Below are positions 8,387 through 16,365 of a stretch of DNA of 32,000 nucleotides, piece by piece. The notes below the pieces were generated by a model. The model ran no database searches and was not told the origin of the DNA. It was given only the letters and a program-made list of their open reading frames with translations. Within the stretch, counting starts at the first letter, position 1, and each line of letters starts with the position of its first letter. The stretch comes from Candidatus Iainarchaeum sp. (GTDB taxonomy: Archaea > Iainarchaeota > Iainarchaeia > Iainarchaeales > CSSED10-239): contig PWLL01000051.1 of assembly GCA_003559395.1 (NCBI GenBank), positions 1 to 32,000 of the forward strand, read 5' to 3'. The position numbers and the translations under genes were made by a program.

Positions 8387-9313
8387 ATGTCAATTACGAT
8401 GATATTGCTAATAGCAATTTTTATATTTATTGTAGGTAACATAATCCTAAGTTATCTAGAAAAAAAATCAAAAAATTGTTTGCCAGTAGATAAAGATATC
8501 TCTAAAGAAGTTTTATCTTCTAAAGTAGATGTTTTAAATAATAGAGTTGGATCTATGGAAAATAGAATCAATCTTATAAATATGAAAGATGTTAAGAAAA
8601 AACCTAAAAAGAAAAAAACAATTTATAAAATACCTAAAACTAAACAAATAAAAGCTAAAAAACCAGTTGTAAAGAAAAAACCAGTATCTAAAACAACTTC
8701 TAAAAAGTCAATATCTAAAAAAACTATAAACAAAAAACCAACATCTAAAAAACCAGTAACTAAAAAAACAAATACAAAGAACACTGGATTAAGTAAAAAA
8801 CCAATTACTAAAAAGATATCTACAAAGAAAAAACCAACAAAAAAGAGAACAATTTCTAAAGATCAAGTAGACTATTTATCATTAATAGAGATCTTAAGAA
8901 AAAGAGTTTCTGAATTAGAAAAACTTTCAGAAAAATCAACTCTTAAAAAACCAATACCTAAAAAAATAACAAATAAAAAACAAACAAACGTTGCACAAAT
9001 AAAAGCTTTAAGAAAAAGACTATCAGAACTAGAGAAAAAAATAGAAAAACCAATACCTAAAAAACCAGTCACTAAAAAAACACCTTCTAAACCTAAAAAA
9101 CCAGCCACTAAAAAAACACCAAAAGTTGATGTTTTAAATAAATATGAATATTCAAAAACAAAAAGCTCAATAATTAATCAACCACAAAAAACAAAGACAG
9201 AACCAAATAAAGAACTAGTCTTAAGACAAAATAACGAAAATCCACAAAAGAAAACATCAAGAAAAAGAATCATCGAAAGAGTAATAGAATCAGAAGATGT
9301 AGATGAAAATTAG
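8387..9313 (+). CDS. Membrane-anchored lysine-rich repeat protein (KKP[VIT][ST]KK repeats plus two coiled-coil-like repeats)
   Basis: The ATG at 8387 lies just after the upstream stop (8379-8381); the GTG at 8378 is an alternative start. One N-terminal TM segment (ILLIAIFIFIVGNIIL). In the segment at about 8594-8860 I count 38 Lys in 89 residues. LRKRVSELEKL...KKPIPKK is duplicated as LRKRLSELEKK...KPIPKK. Confidence 0.6.
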   Translation: MSITMILLIAIFIFIVGNIILSYLEKKSKNCLPVDKDISKEVLSSKVDVLNNRVGSMENRINLINMKDVKKKPKKKKTIYKIPKTKQIKAKKPVVKKKPVSKTTSKKSISKKTINKKPTSKKPVTKKTNTKNTGLSKKPITKKISTKKKPTKKRTISKDQVDYLSLIEILRKRVSELEKLSEKSTLKKPIPKKITNKKQTNVAQIKALRKRLSELEKKIEKPIPKKPVTKKTPSKPKKPATKKTPKVDVLNKYEYSKTKSSIINQPQKTKTEPNKELVLRQNNENPQKKTSRKRIIERVIESEDVDEN

Positions 9314-9322
9314 TTTTTAGGT

Positions 9323-9398
9323 GGCTCAGCTCGCCCATCTATCTTCATTCAAAATTTTTTAAAAATTTTGTCAGCAGGTGTTCAATATCATCACAGCC
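9323..9398 (-). ncRNA. Candidate C/D box sRNA (2'-O-methylation guide)
   Basis: Minus-strand RNA: GGCU-GUGAUGA(C)-UAUUGAACACCUG-CUGA(D')-22 nt AU loop-AUGAAGA(C' variant)-UAGAUGGGCGAG(12 nt)-CUGA(D)-GCC. It has a 5' GGC / 3' GCC terminal stem. TTTATAAAA (minus strand, 9431-9423) lies about 29 nt upstream. It forms a local GC-rich island in an intergenic gap. Confidence 0.45.
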
Positions 9399-9482
9399 AC
9401 ATATATTCTTAGGACCGATAGATTTTATAAATGTTAGTATAATATATATTAGTAAAGAAAAATAAATTAAAAGAAAATAAAC

Positions 9483-10154
9483 ATGAAAATAGGATTGATC
9501 GTAGAATGTTTTTTAAAATATATTAGAACAAATGATATTATAGCAATAGGAACTAGTGAACATGATACAGAACTAATAGACGAACTTGCAAAAATACTGA
9601 TTCTAAGAAAAATAAAAGTACATTTTGTTGCAAGTACAAACAAACAAGCAAGACACCTGCATGATCTAGGACAAGAAACCATCTCTTTAAATGAGAAAGA
9701 AATTGATATTGCTTTAGAGTTTGTAGATCAAGTAGATCAATATAATAATTTTGTAAAAAAAGATACCAAATCCTTTATAAGAGATAAGATGATTGCACAA
9801 TCCGCACTAAAATTGATTGTTGTTTGTGATAAACATAATCTTATAGAAAGCATAAACAAAGACGTATATGTTGAAGTTTCTAGTTTTGCATGGCAAAGAA
9901 CTTTACTAAACCTACAAAGTTATGGAAATGCTAGAATAGTTGTCGATGACGAACAAAAGTTTGTGAAAACAGAGATTGGACACTATATTGTAAGAATCAC
10001 TTTAGATAATAATATATCTTTAGAAGATTTTGAATATTCTGTAAGAAACATACCAGGCGTTTTGGAGACAGGAGTTTTCTTAGGTATGCTAGATGTTGTT
10101 TTTGTAACAGACTATCATAAAGAAGATAGCCTAATAGTTAAAAGAAGAATATAA
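9483..10154 (+). CDS. Ribose-5-phosphate isomerase A (RpiA)-fold protein, divergent
   Basis: Collinear with RpiA over the full length: IIAIGTSEH (vs GVGTGST), EFVDQVDQ (vs YVDGADE), FVKKDTKSFIRDK (vs MIKGGGAALTREK), VRNIPGVLETGVF (vs INAIPGVVTVGLF). Confidence 0.6.
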   Translation: MKIGLIVECFLKYIRTNDIIAIGTSEHDTELIDELAKILILRKIKVHFVASTNKQARHLHDLGQETISLNEKEIDIALEFVDQVDQYNNFVKKDTKSFIRDKMIAQSALKLIVVCDKHNLIESINKDVYVEVSSFAWQRTLLNLQSYGNARIVVDDEQKFVKTEIGHYIVRITLDNNISLEDFEYSVRNIPGVLETGVFLGMLDVVFVTDYHKEDSLIVKRRI

Positions 10155-10218
10155 AATAACTTACAAAAAAATACTAGAAAACCTTTATATCCTATAAAAA
10201 ACATACTTTTTCTTTAGA

Positions 10219-11982
10219 ATGTATCTAAAAATAAAAGAAGAAACTTCTTTAAAAAAAATAAAAACTTTAAAGAAAAACGTTTTTTTAAACTGCCCATATA
10301 ATTTTAGTAATAAAGAAGTTAACGTGCTTGAGTGTAAAAACTGTAAAACACCTAAATGTATGTCAGTTTGTAAAAGTAATGCTATTTACTTTGCATCAAA
10401 TCAAATAGTTGCAATAGACGAAAGTCTTTGTGTTGGTTGTGGCAGATGCTTAGAAGCATGTGAACAAAAAGCAATTATTCTAAAAAACAAAAAAGCAAAA
10501 AAATGTGATCTTTGTGCAAATAATTCCTTTCTTATGCCTTGTTATTATAATAATAAAGATGTTTTGGAGTTGTTAGAAGATACAAAAGCTAAAGAAAAAA
10601 CCTATTCTAAATATCTTGGATATACTATAAGAAGAGATATAAAAATAAACAAATATCTTTCAAAAGATAAAAAAATTGTTAATTGTGATGATGAGATTAA
10701 AAGATATGTTATCTCTGAACCCTTGTTGTCTTTACAAGAAATAAATATAATAAACACTATCTTAGACACATACAAAGACAAAACAATAGATACAGAACTA
10801 GAAGATAATTTTGAAAAAAAAGTGTTTGAAGATTTAGAAACAGAACTTGTAAATTATTGCTATTTTAATAATATTGTTCTGGATGATGACCAGTTTAAAT
10901 ATATTCTTCAACTAACCTACAATAATCTTTATAACTTTGGACCAATTACGTATCTTTTAGAAGATAAAAATCTAGAAGAAATTTCTGTAATAGGCACAAA
11001 AAAACCAGTCTATGTTTATCATAAAAATTTTGGATGGTTAGAAACCAACATAATATATATTTCAGAAAATATACTAAAAGAACTTATAAATAAACTATCA
11101 TGGTTTTCAAACAAATATATTACTTTAAAAAATCCTTTGTTAGACGCCTCTTTACAAGACAAATCAAGACTAAATGCAATCATTAATCCAATAACAGAAA
11201 GCTCAACAATAACCATAAGAATGTTTTCAAAAAAAGGATTTAGTTTAAAAGATCTTATTAATCTAAATACAATTACTCTAGAAGCCCTAGCCTTCTTAAG
11301 CCTTGTTTTTTTAACAGATTCAAATGTGTTGGTTGTTGGAAACACTGGTTCAGGAAAAACAACAACCTTAAACGCTCTTTTATCATTAGTTCCAGAAAAT
11401 GAAAGATTTGTTCTTGTAGAAGAAGTAAAAGAAATTAAAATACCACATAAACATCAAGTTTCAACAATCGTAAACAAAGAACTAGACGTTTCTTTAGAAT
11501 CTTTAGTCATAAATACTTTGAGAATGAGACCAGATAGAGTAGTTATTGGAGAAATAAGAAGAAAAGAAGAGTGTTTTGCATTAATAGACTCTATGTTGTG
11601 TGGGCAAGCAAAAGGAACATACACAACCTTTCATGCACAAACAGCAAACGAAGCCATATTAAGGCTTATGTCTTATGGCGTTATGGAAACTGATCTTTCT
11701 TCAGTAGATATTATCATTAATCAAAGAAGATATAATAGTTATTCAAAAAACCAAATACAAGAAAAAAGAAACATTTTTGAAATTGTTGAAGTTTTTTATA
11801 AAGATAAGAAAATACAGCAAAACAAGTTGTTTGAATATGATGCAGAAAAAGATAGGCTTGTAAAAAAGAATGACCCCAAAAAACTTATGGCTAAGTTTAA
11901 GATTGCTTTTAAGATAACATCTAAAAAAGACTTTGTTCGATTACTTGGACAAAAGAAAAATTATATTAAAAATCTGAAATGA
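10219..11982 (+). CDS. Type II/IV secretion-family (FlaI/PilB/VirB11-like) assembly ATPase with an N-terminal polyferredoxin-like Cys-cluster domain
   Basis: Walker A VGNTGSGKTTTLNALL (about 11335-11380), Asp box ERFVLVEEVKEI, Walker B DRVVIGEIR, His box TFHAQ. The N-terminal ~110 aa carry CKNCKTPKCMSVC, CVGCGRCLEAC and CDLCANNSFLMPC (about 10330-10545). Confidence 0.85.
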   Translation: MYLKIKEETSLKKIKTLKKNVFLNCPYNFSNKEVNVLECKNCKTPKCMSVCKSNAIYFASNQIVAIDESLCVGCGRCLEACEQKAIILKNKKAKKCDLCANNSFLMPCYYNNKDVLELLEDTKAKEKTYSKYLGYTIRRDIKINKYLSKDKKIVNCDDEIKRYVISEPLLSLQEINIINTILDTYKDKTIDTELEDNFEKKVFEDLETELVNYCYFNNIVLDDDQFKYILQLTYNNLYNFGPITYLLEDKNLEEISVIGTKKPVYVYHKNFGWLETNIIYISENILKELINKLSWFSNKYITLKNPLLDASLQDKSRLNAIINPITESSTITIRMFSKKGFSLKDLINLNTITLEALAFLSLVFLTDSNVLVVGNTGSGKTTTLNALLSLVPENERFVLVEEVKEIKIPHKHQVSTIVNKELDVSLESLVINTLRMRPDRVVIGEIRRKEECFALIDSMLCGQAKGTYTTFHAQTANEAILRLMSYGVMETDLSSVDIIINQRRYNSYSKNQIQEKRNIFEIVEVFYKDKKIQQNKLFEYDAEKDRLVKKNDPKKLMAKFKIAFKITSKKDFVRLLGQKKNYIKNLK

Positions 11983-12719
11983 CTATGAAAATAATCTCAG
12001 AAACCTTTTCAAAAAACAACAATGTTGGTTTTCTTGCGTGTGTTATTTTTATTTTGCTTATTTATTTCTCTTTAACAAAGATATATGTAATTAAGGTGCA
12101 ATATCTTTTTTATGCTCTTTTGTTTGTTGGTTTTTGTTTTTATATAATTATCTTTTATTCTAAAAAAATAAAATATGAAAATCAATATAAAGAAATATCC
12201 AAAGAACTTCCATTTTTTATAAACAATCTAGCAAACGATCTAGAAAAAAACATATCTATAAAGAACGCTTTAGAAAACAGAACAAAAGACGGCACTCTAA
12301 TTTCTTTAAAAATAAAACAAGCACTTAATAATGTTTCAAATAAAGGATATCATCTAAAAGATTCTTTATTGTTAATATCTAAAGAACATAAAGATTTTTA
12401 TGACGTTACATATCAACTAATAGAAATAATCAACTCAGGAACAAGAAACAAAGCCTATCCATTAAGAATTCTATCAAAGACTATGGTAGAAGAGCAGACT
12501 ATAAAGATGAAAAACTACTCAACAAAACTAAATCTAATTACCTTGTTATATATTGTTGTTTCTGCTATTGTTCCTGCAATGTTGTTAATGTTTTTTATAG
12601 TTGGTGGTAATTTTTTTGAAATTAGTTTTTCTCCAACAATGGTTGTTTTTATTTGTGTTGTTGTTTTTCCTGTTGTAGATATGTTATTGTTATTGATTTT
12701 AAGAAGTAGTTTGCCATGA
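11979..12719 (+). CDS. T2SS-F/FlaJ/TadB-like pilus platform membrane protein (single T2SSF domain)
   Basis: ATGA overlap with the ATPase gene. N-terminal TM segments, then a soluble helical domain (ELPFFINNLANDLEKNISIKNALE), then C-terminal TM segments, as in T2SSF-domain proteins. Confidence 0.65.
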   Translation: MTMKIISETFSKNNNVGFLACVIFILLIYFSLTKIYVIKVQYLFYALLFVGFCFYIIIFYSKKIKYENQYKEISKELPFFINNLANDLEKNISIKNALENRTKDGTLISLKIKQALNNVSNKGYHLKDSLLLISKEHKDFYDVTYQLIEIINSGTRNKAYPLRILSKTMVEEQTIKMKNYSTKLNLITLLYIVVSAIVPAMLLMFFIVGGNFFEISFSPTMVVFICVVVFPVVDMLLLLILRSSLP

Positions 12720-13531
12720 AAGAAATTTTAAAAAAAACAAGATATTTGTTGATTTTTGTAATTTTGTTTATCTTGTATGTGATTATAGAAGAAAGGTTTG
12801 TTTTTTTAATAGTTATTTTTTCAGTAACGATTGCTTTTTTCTTTATAAAACATCTTTTAAAAGCCTATAACAAAACAATTATAAAAAGAAATCTAGAAAA
12901 CACACTAACAGACGAAATACTAAAACTAACAACTATGAATCTTTCAGGAGATATAAAACAAATAGTAAATAGTTTGTGTTTTTCTAGAAACAAAACCCTT
13001 GCATATGAGTTTAGGATAATTCAGAAAAAAATCAAACAAGGACATAATATAAAAACTTTGTTTGATATTCTTAAAAACAAATACAATTCAGATATTTTGG
13101 ATAAATTTTTAAACTTAATAATAATTTCACATAAAACCGGTACCACAAGCTACAGTGATTTTAAAAATTTAGTAGATGAGTTTTTAAGATCAAAACAAAT
13201 TATGCAGGAAAGAAACTCTATGCTTCTTATGCAAAAATACACAATCATCTTTTCTGGAACCATAATCATTCCTGTTATCTTAGGTGTTGTGATTTCTTTA
13301 GTAGAAAAATTAAGTAGTTCTTTTGATATGTCTTCTTTAGGCTTTGAGATTAACAATCAGTTATTTGTGGTTGGTTATTATTGTTCTATTATTTATATAA
13401 TAGAATATATTATTATATCTTCAATATATTTAGCAACTATAGAAAACAATTCAAAGAAATTTATTGTTTATTTTTTAATATGTTTACCAATTAGTTTGGG
13501 TTTGTTTTTTTTAGCACCTTATGTTTTTTAA
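12716..13531 (+). CDS. Second T2SS-F/FlaJ/TadC-like pilus platform membrane protein
   Basis: ATGA overlap with the previous gene. Same TM / helical domain / TM layout. Together the two proteins (246 + 271 aa) match one two-domain archaeal FlaJ/PilC. Confidence 0.6.
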   Translation: MKEILKKTRYLLIFVILFILYVIIEERFVFLIVIFSVTIAFFFIKHLLKAYNKTIIKRNLENTLTDEILKLTTMNLSGDIKQIVNSLCFSRNKTLAYEFRIIQKKIKQGHNIKTLFDILKNKYNSDILDKFLNLIIISHKTGTTSYSDFKNLVDEFLRSKQIMQERNSMLLMQKYTIIFSGTIIIPVILGVVISLVEKLSSSFDMSSLGFEINNQLFVVGYYCSIIYIIEYIIISSIYLATIENNSKKFIVYFLICLPISLGLFFLAPYVF

Positions 13532-13811
13532 AATATAATTTTAATTATATTTTTATTTATAATTAAATAGTTTATTATATTTTTTATGATTTATTATTTT
13601 TAATATTATTAAATAAACATATATTTTGTCATTTTTTATAATATATAACAATTTTTTTTTTTAGAAATTGGGTTTTCTGCTTGTGGATTATTATAAAGTA
13701 GATTTATAGATCTTTCTATAGAAAAAAAAAACTTTTGAATCTTTATCTGTTTTTGATTTTAGTAAAAAATAACTTTTTTTAGCATCATCTTTTAAAAAAA
13801 CTTTCGCGTCT

Positions 13812-14111
13812 TTATTTTTTAATATATTTAAGTTCATGAGAGTCTTTTAAAAAATTTTTAATGTCTTTTGATTCTTCATAGGTCCATTGAAAGCCTCTAG
13901 GACCATATATAATTTTACCACTAACATATAAATAATCTAGAGCAAGTTTTAATGTAGAATACATTATTTTTTTAGACAGTTTTTCTTTAAGTTTAGATAT
14001 TTTTATTGGTTTATCTTTATTGTTTTTTAAATAATTTTCAATCATTAAAACAGTACTTAGATTAGGATATCTTATTTCTTTTTTTATTTTTTCTTTCATA
14101 ATAGTCATCAA
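13812..14111 (-). CDS. Small hypothetical protein, possibly winged-helix
   Basis: 99-aa ORF standing alone in a ~0.9 kb AT-rich gap. I recognise no family motif. Confidence 0.4.
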   Translation of the reverse strand: MMTIMKEKIKKEIRYPNLSTVLMIENYLKNNKDKPIKISKLKEKLSKKIMYSTLKLALDYLYVSGKIIYGPRGFQWTYEESKDIKNFLKDSHELKYIKK

Positions 14112-14463
14112 TTGATATTTTTTAAGTATGTTTATATACTATATAAGTTCCAAAAAGTTTTTAAATAAATCTTTTGTGTTTTTTTATTTTTGATTGTGAT
14201 TATTGTTTTCTTAGTATTTTTAATATTAATATATCTAAATAAAAAAGAAATATTAGACACACATTTAAAAGAATATGATGTTGTTATAATAAATGATTCT
14301 TTATTTGAAGAAATATATAACTTATTAAAAATTTTTGTAATGTTTGTTGTAATTTTATAATAAGTGATATATCTAATTTTTATAATATAAAAAAATGGGT
14401 TTTATAAAATAATTCTATTTATATAGTTTTTTGTTCCTATTATATATATATATAATATATTTT

Positions 14464-14546
14464 GCAGAGGTGGCGGAGTGGTCAAACGCGCTAGCCTGCT
14501 AAGCTAGAGTCTCACGACTACACGGGTTCAAATCCCGTCCTCTGCG
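14464..14546 (+). tRNA. tRNA-Ser (anticodon GCU)
   Basis: Cloverleaf: acceptor GCAGAGG/CCUCUGC, anticodon stem CUAGC/GCUAG with loop CUGCUAA, long variable arm AGUC-UCAC-GACU, T arm ACGGG-UUCAAAU-CCCGU. No CCA is encoded. A TATA-like run lies about 20 nt upstream. Confidence 0.93.
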
Positions 14547-14583
14547 TTCTATTATCTAATAAAAATGCCTGTTATTTAAAAAT

Positions 14584-15450
14584 ATGGTGGAAAACATGAA
14601 AATTTTAGAAAATACATATATAAAAGATATTAAAAAATTAAATAAAAAAATAGAAACAATAAAAAAAGAAGGAAAAGATAATATTCAAATAATCTCAGAC
14701 TTTGATAAATCTTTAACACAATTTATTGTTGATGGTCAACAATTTAAAAGTGTTATTGCTCAAATAAGAGATGGACTTTATCTTGGAGAAGAATATACAA
14801 AAAAAGCAAATGCGTTTTATGATTATTATCATCCAATAGAGATTGACCCAAACATATCTTTTCAAGAAAAAAAAGAAAAAATGAAAGAATGGTGGTCAAA
14901 ACATATAATCTTACAAGCAGAACAAGGACTTTCAAAAAAAATAGTAGATGAAGTTAATAAAAATTCAAAAATAAAACTAAGAGACTTTGTAAAAGAAGTA
15001 ATTTATGAAACAAACCAAAATAACATCCCTTTTCTAATATTGTCTTCAGGAATAGGAGATTTTATTGAACAAATTCTTAAAAATAAAGAATGTCTTTTAA
15101 ATAATATTTTTATCATTTCTAATTTTTATGATTATGATGAAAATGGTTTGGTTAAAGGATATAAAGAAAATGTTATTCATTTATTAAATAAAAATGAATA
15201 TGGTGTCAAAGAAACAAAATATTACGAAAAAGTAAAAAATAAAAAAAATATTTTGCTTTTTGGAGACTCTTTAAGTGATGTCAATATGTCTGATGGTTTT
15301 GATTATAAAGAGATTATTACGGTTGGTTTTTTAAACGAAAATAAAGAAAAATTGTTAGATATCTATTTAGATAATTTTGATATTGTTATAACTAATGACG
15401 GCTCATTTGAACAAGTATATAAACTTTTAAAAGAAATTGTTGGTTATTAA
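14584..15450 (+). CDS. HAD-superfamily pyrimidine 5'-nucleotidase, UMPH-1 / cytosolic 5'-nucleotidase III-like
   Basis: Motif I is ISDFDKSLT. LILSSGIGDFIEQIL, VKGYKENVIHLLNKNE and LLFGDSLSDVNMSDG closely parallel human NT5C3 (FIFSAGIGDVLEEVI, LKGFKGELIHVFNKHD, ILLGDSQGDLRMADG; human sequence recalled from memory). Confidence 0.75.
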   Translation: MVENMKILENTYIKDIKKLNKKIETIKKEGKDNIQIISDFDKSLTQFIVDGQQFKSVIAQIRDGLYLGEEYTKKANAFYDYYHPIEIDPNISFQEKKEKMKEWWSKHIILQAEQGLSKKIVDEVNKNSKIKLRDFVKEVIYETNQNNIPFLILSSGIGDFIEQILKNKECLLNNIFIISNFYDYDENGLVKGYKENVIHLLNKNEYGVKETKYYEKVKNKKNILLFGDSLSDVNMSDGFDYKEIITVGFLNENKEKLLDIYLDNFDIVITNDGSFEQVYKLLKEIVGY

Positions 15451-15565
15451 GTTTTTAATTTTATAAAAAATTAATTAAAAATTTAAAAAAATAAGAAAAA
15501 AAGATTTTTTGTAAATAAAAAACCTTTAATAAAAAATCTAAATTATACTATTAAAAGAAATAAGT

Positions 15566-15724
15566 TTAATATTTTCTTTTCTTTGCATAACAGTCTCTAC
15601 AAAAAACAGGCTTGCCTTCGATTGGTTTGAAAGGAACTTCACATTCTTTTCCACACTCTGAGCAAGTAGCCTTATGCATTTCACGAGGCCCATAATTTCT
15701 ATTGCCTCTATTAAAGTCGCTCAC
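15566..15724 (-). CDS. CxxC-x17-CxxC zinc-ribbon mini-protein (52 aa); absent from the ORF track
   Basis: My translation of the minus strand: VSDFNRGNRNYGPREMHKATCSECGKECEVPFKPIEGKPVFCRDCYAKKRKY*. GTG start at 15724-15722, with a GGAGG Shine-Dalgarno (plus-strand cctcc, 15734-15738) 9 nt upstream. The two CxxC pairs are exactly 17 residues apart. Confidence 0.7.
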   Translation of the reverse strand: MSDFNRGNRNYGPREMHKATCSECGKECEVPFKPIEGKPVFCRDCYAKKRKY

Positions 15725-15940
15725 TTTATCTTTCCTCCATACAATGTATTTGTTTTATACAAAAACAAAGTATATTCTTTTTATATAATATACTAATATA
15801 ATTAAGGTTAGATGACTTTATAAATGCATCTTTTTTTGTAAATTTTTGTTATTTGGGTGTAAACCTAAATATAACCATAGTTATAAATATATTTTGAATA
15901 TTAATATATATATAAAAGAAAGTTAAAGGAGGAAAAAAAG

Positions 15941-16264
15941 ATGAAAACCATAAATTATGTGTTAATAGGCGTACTAGTTATTTTTGTAGTAATGATTTTT
16001 GCATTACAACCAAAATATGAAGAAACAATTCCTGAAGACGCAGAATTAATGTTTTGTGAAGTAGATGCAGATTGTGTGCCTTTTCCTGCAGAATGTCATA
16101 CAAAAACGTGTATAAATCAAGAATATGCACACTTATATGAAGAACCAGAGGCTTGTACTATGATATTTGATTCAGAAGCAGCATATACTCCTGAATGTTG
16201 TGTATGTATAAATAATGTTTGTCTAAATCAAAATCTTGGTCGAGATATAGAAGATATAGAATAA
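15941..16264 (+). CDS. Small secreted or membrane-anchored cysteine-rich protein
   Basis: AGGAGG (15927-15932) lies 8 nt upstream of the ATG. N-terminal signal/anchor INYVLIGVLVIFVVMIFAL. There are 9 Cys in the ~80-aa acidic ectodomain. Confidence 0.65.
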   Translation: MKTINYVLIGVLVIFVVMIFALQPKYEETIPEDAELMFCEVDADCVPFPAECHTKTCINQEYAHLYEEPEACTMIFDSEAAYTPECCVCINNVCLNQNLGRDIEDIE

Positions 16265-16290
16265 CCATTGGTTATTCTTTCTTTTTTCTT
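16259..16290 (+). terminator. Hairpin plus T-run terminator
   Basis: Perfect 9-bp hairpin gaataacca-t-tggttattc (16259-16277) overlapping the stop codon, followed by tttcttttttctt. Confidence 0.55.
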
Positions 16291-16365
16291 AAAAATATGA
16301 TTTTTTAAAATAAATTATATTTATAAAGTGTTTTTAACATAATATATATATAATATTCTTTTTTT

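Noticed and set aside
14190-14360. 56-codon TTG-initiated hydrophobic ORF (LIVIIVFLVFLILIYL...VMFVVIL) in the gap before tRNA-Ser
   Set aside because: It has a non-ATG start and no ribosome-binding site or promoter spacing that I could justify. Its composition is typical of translated AT-rich spacer.
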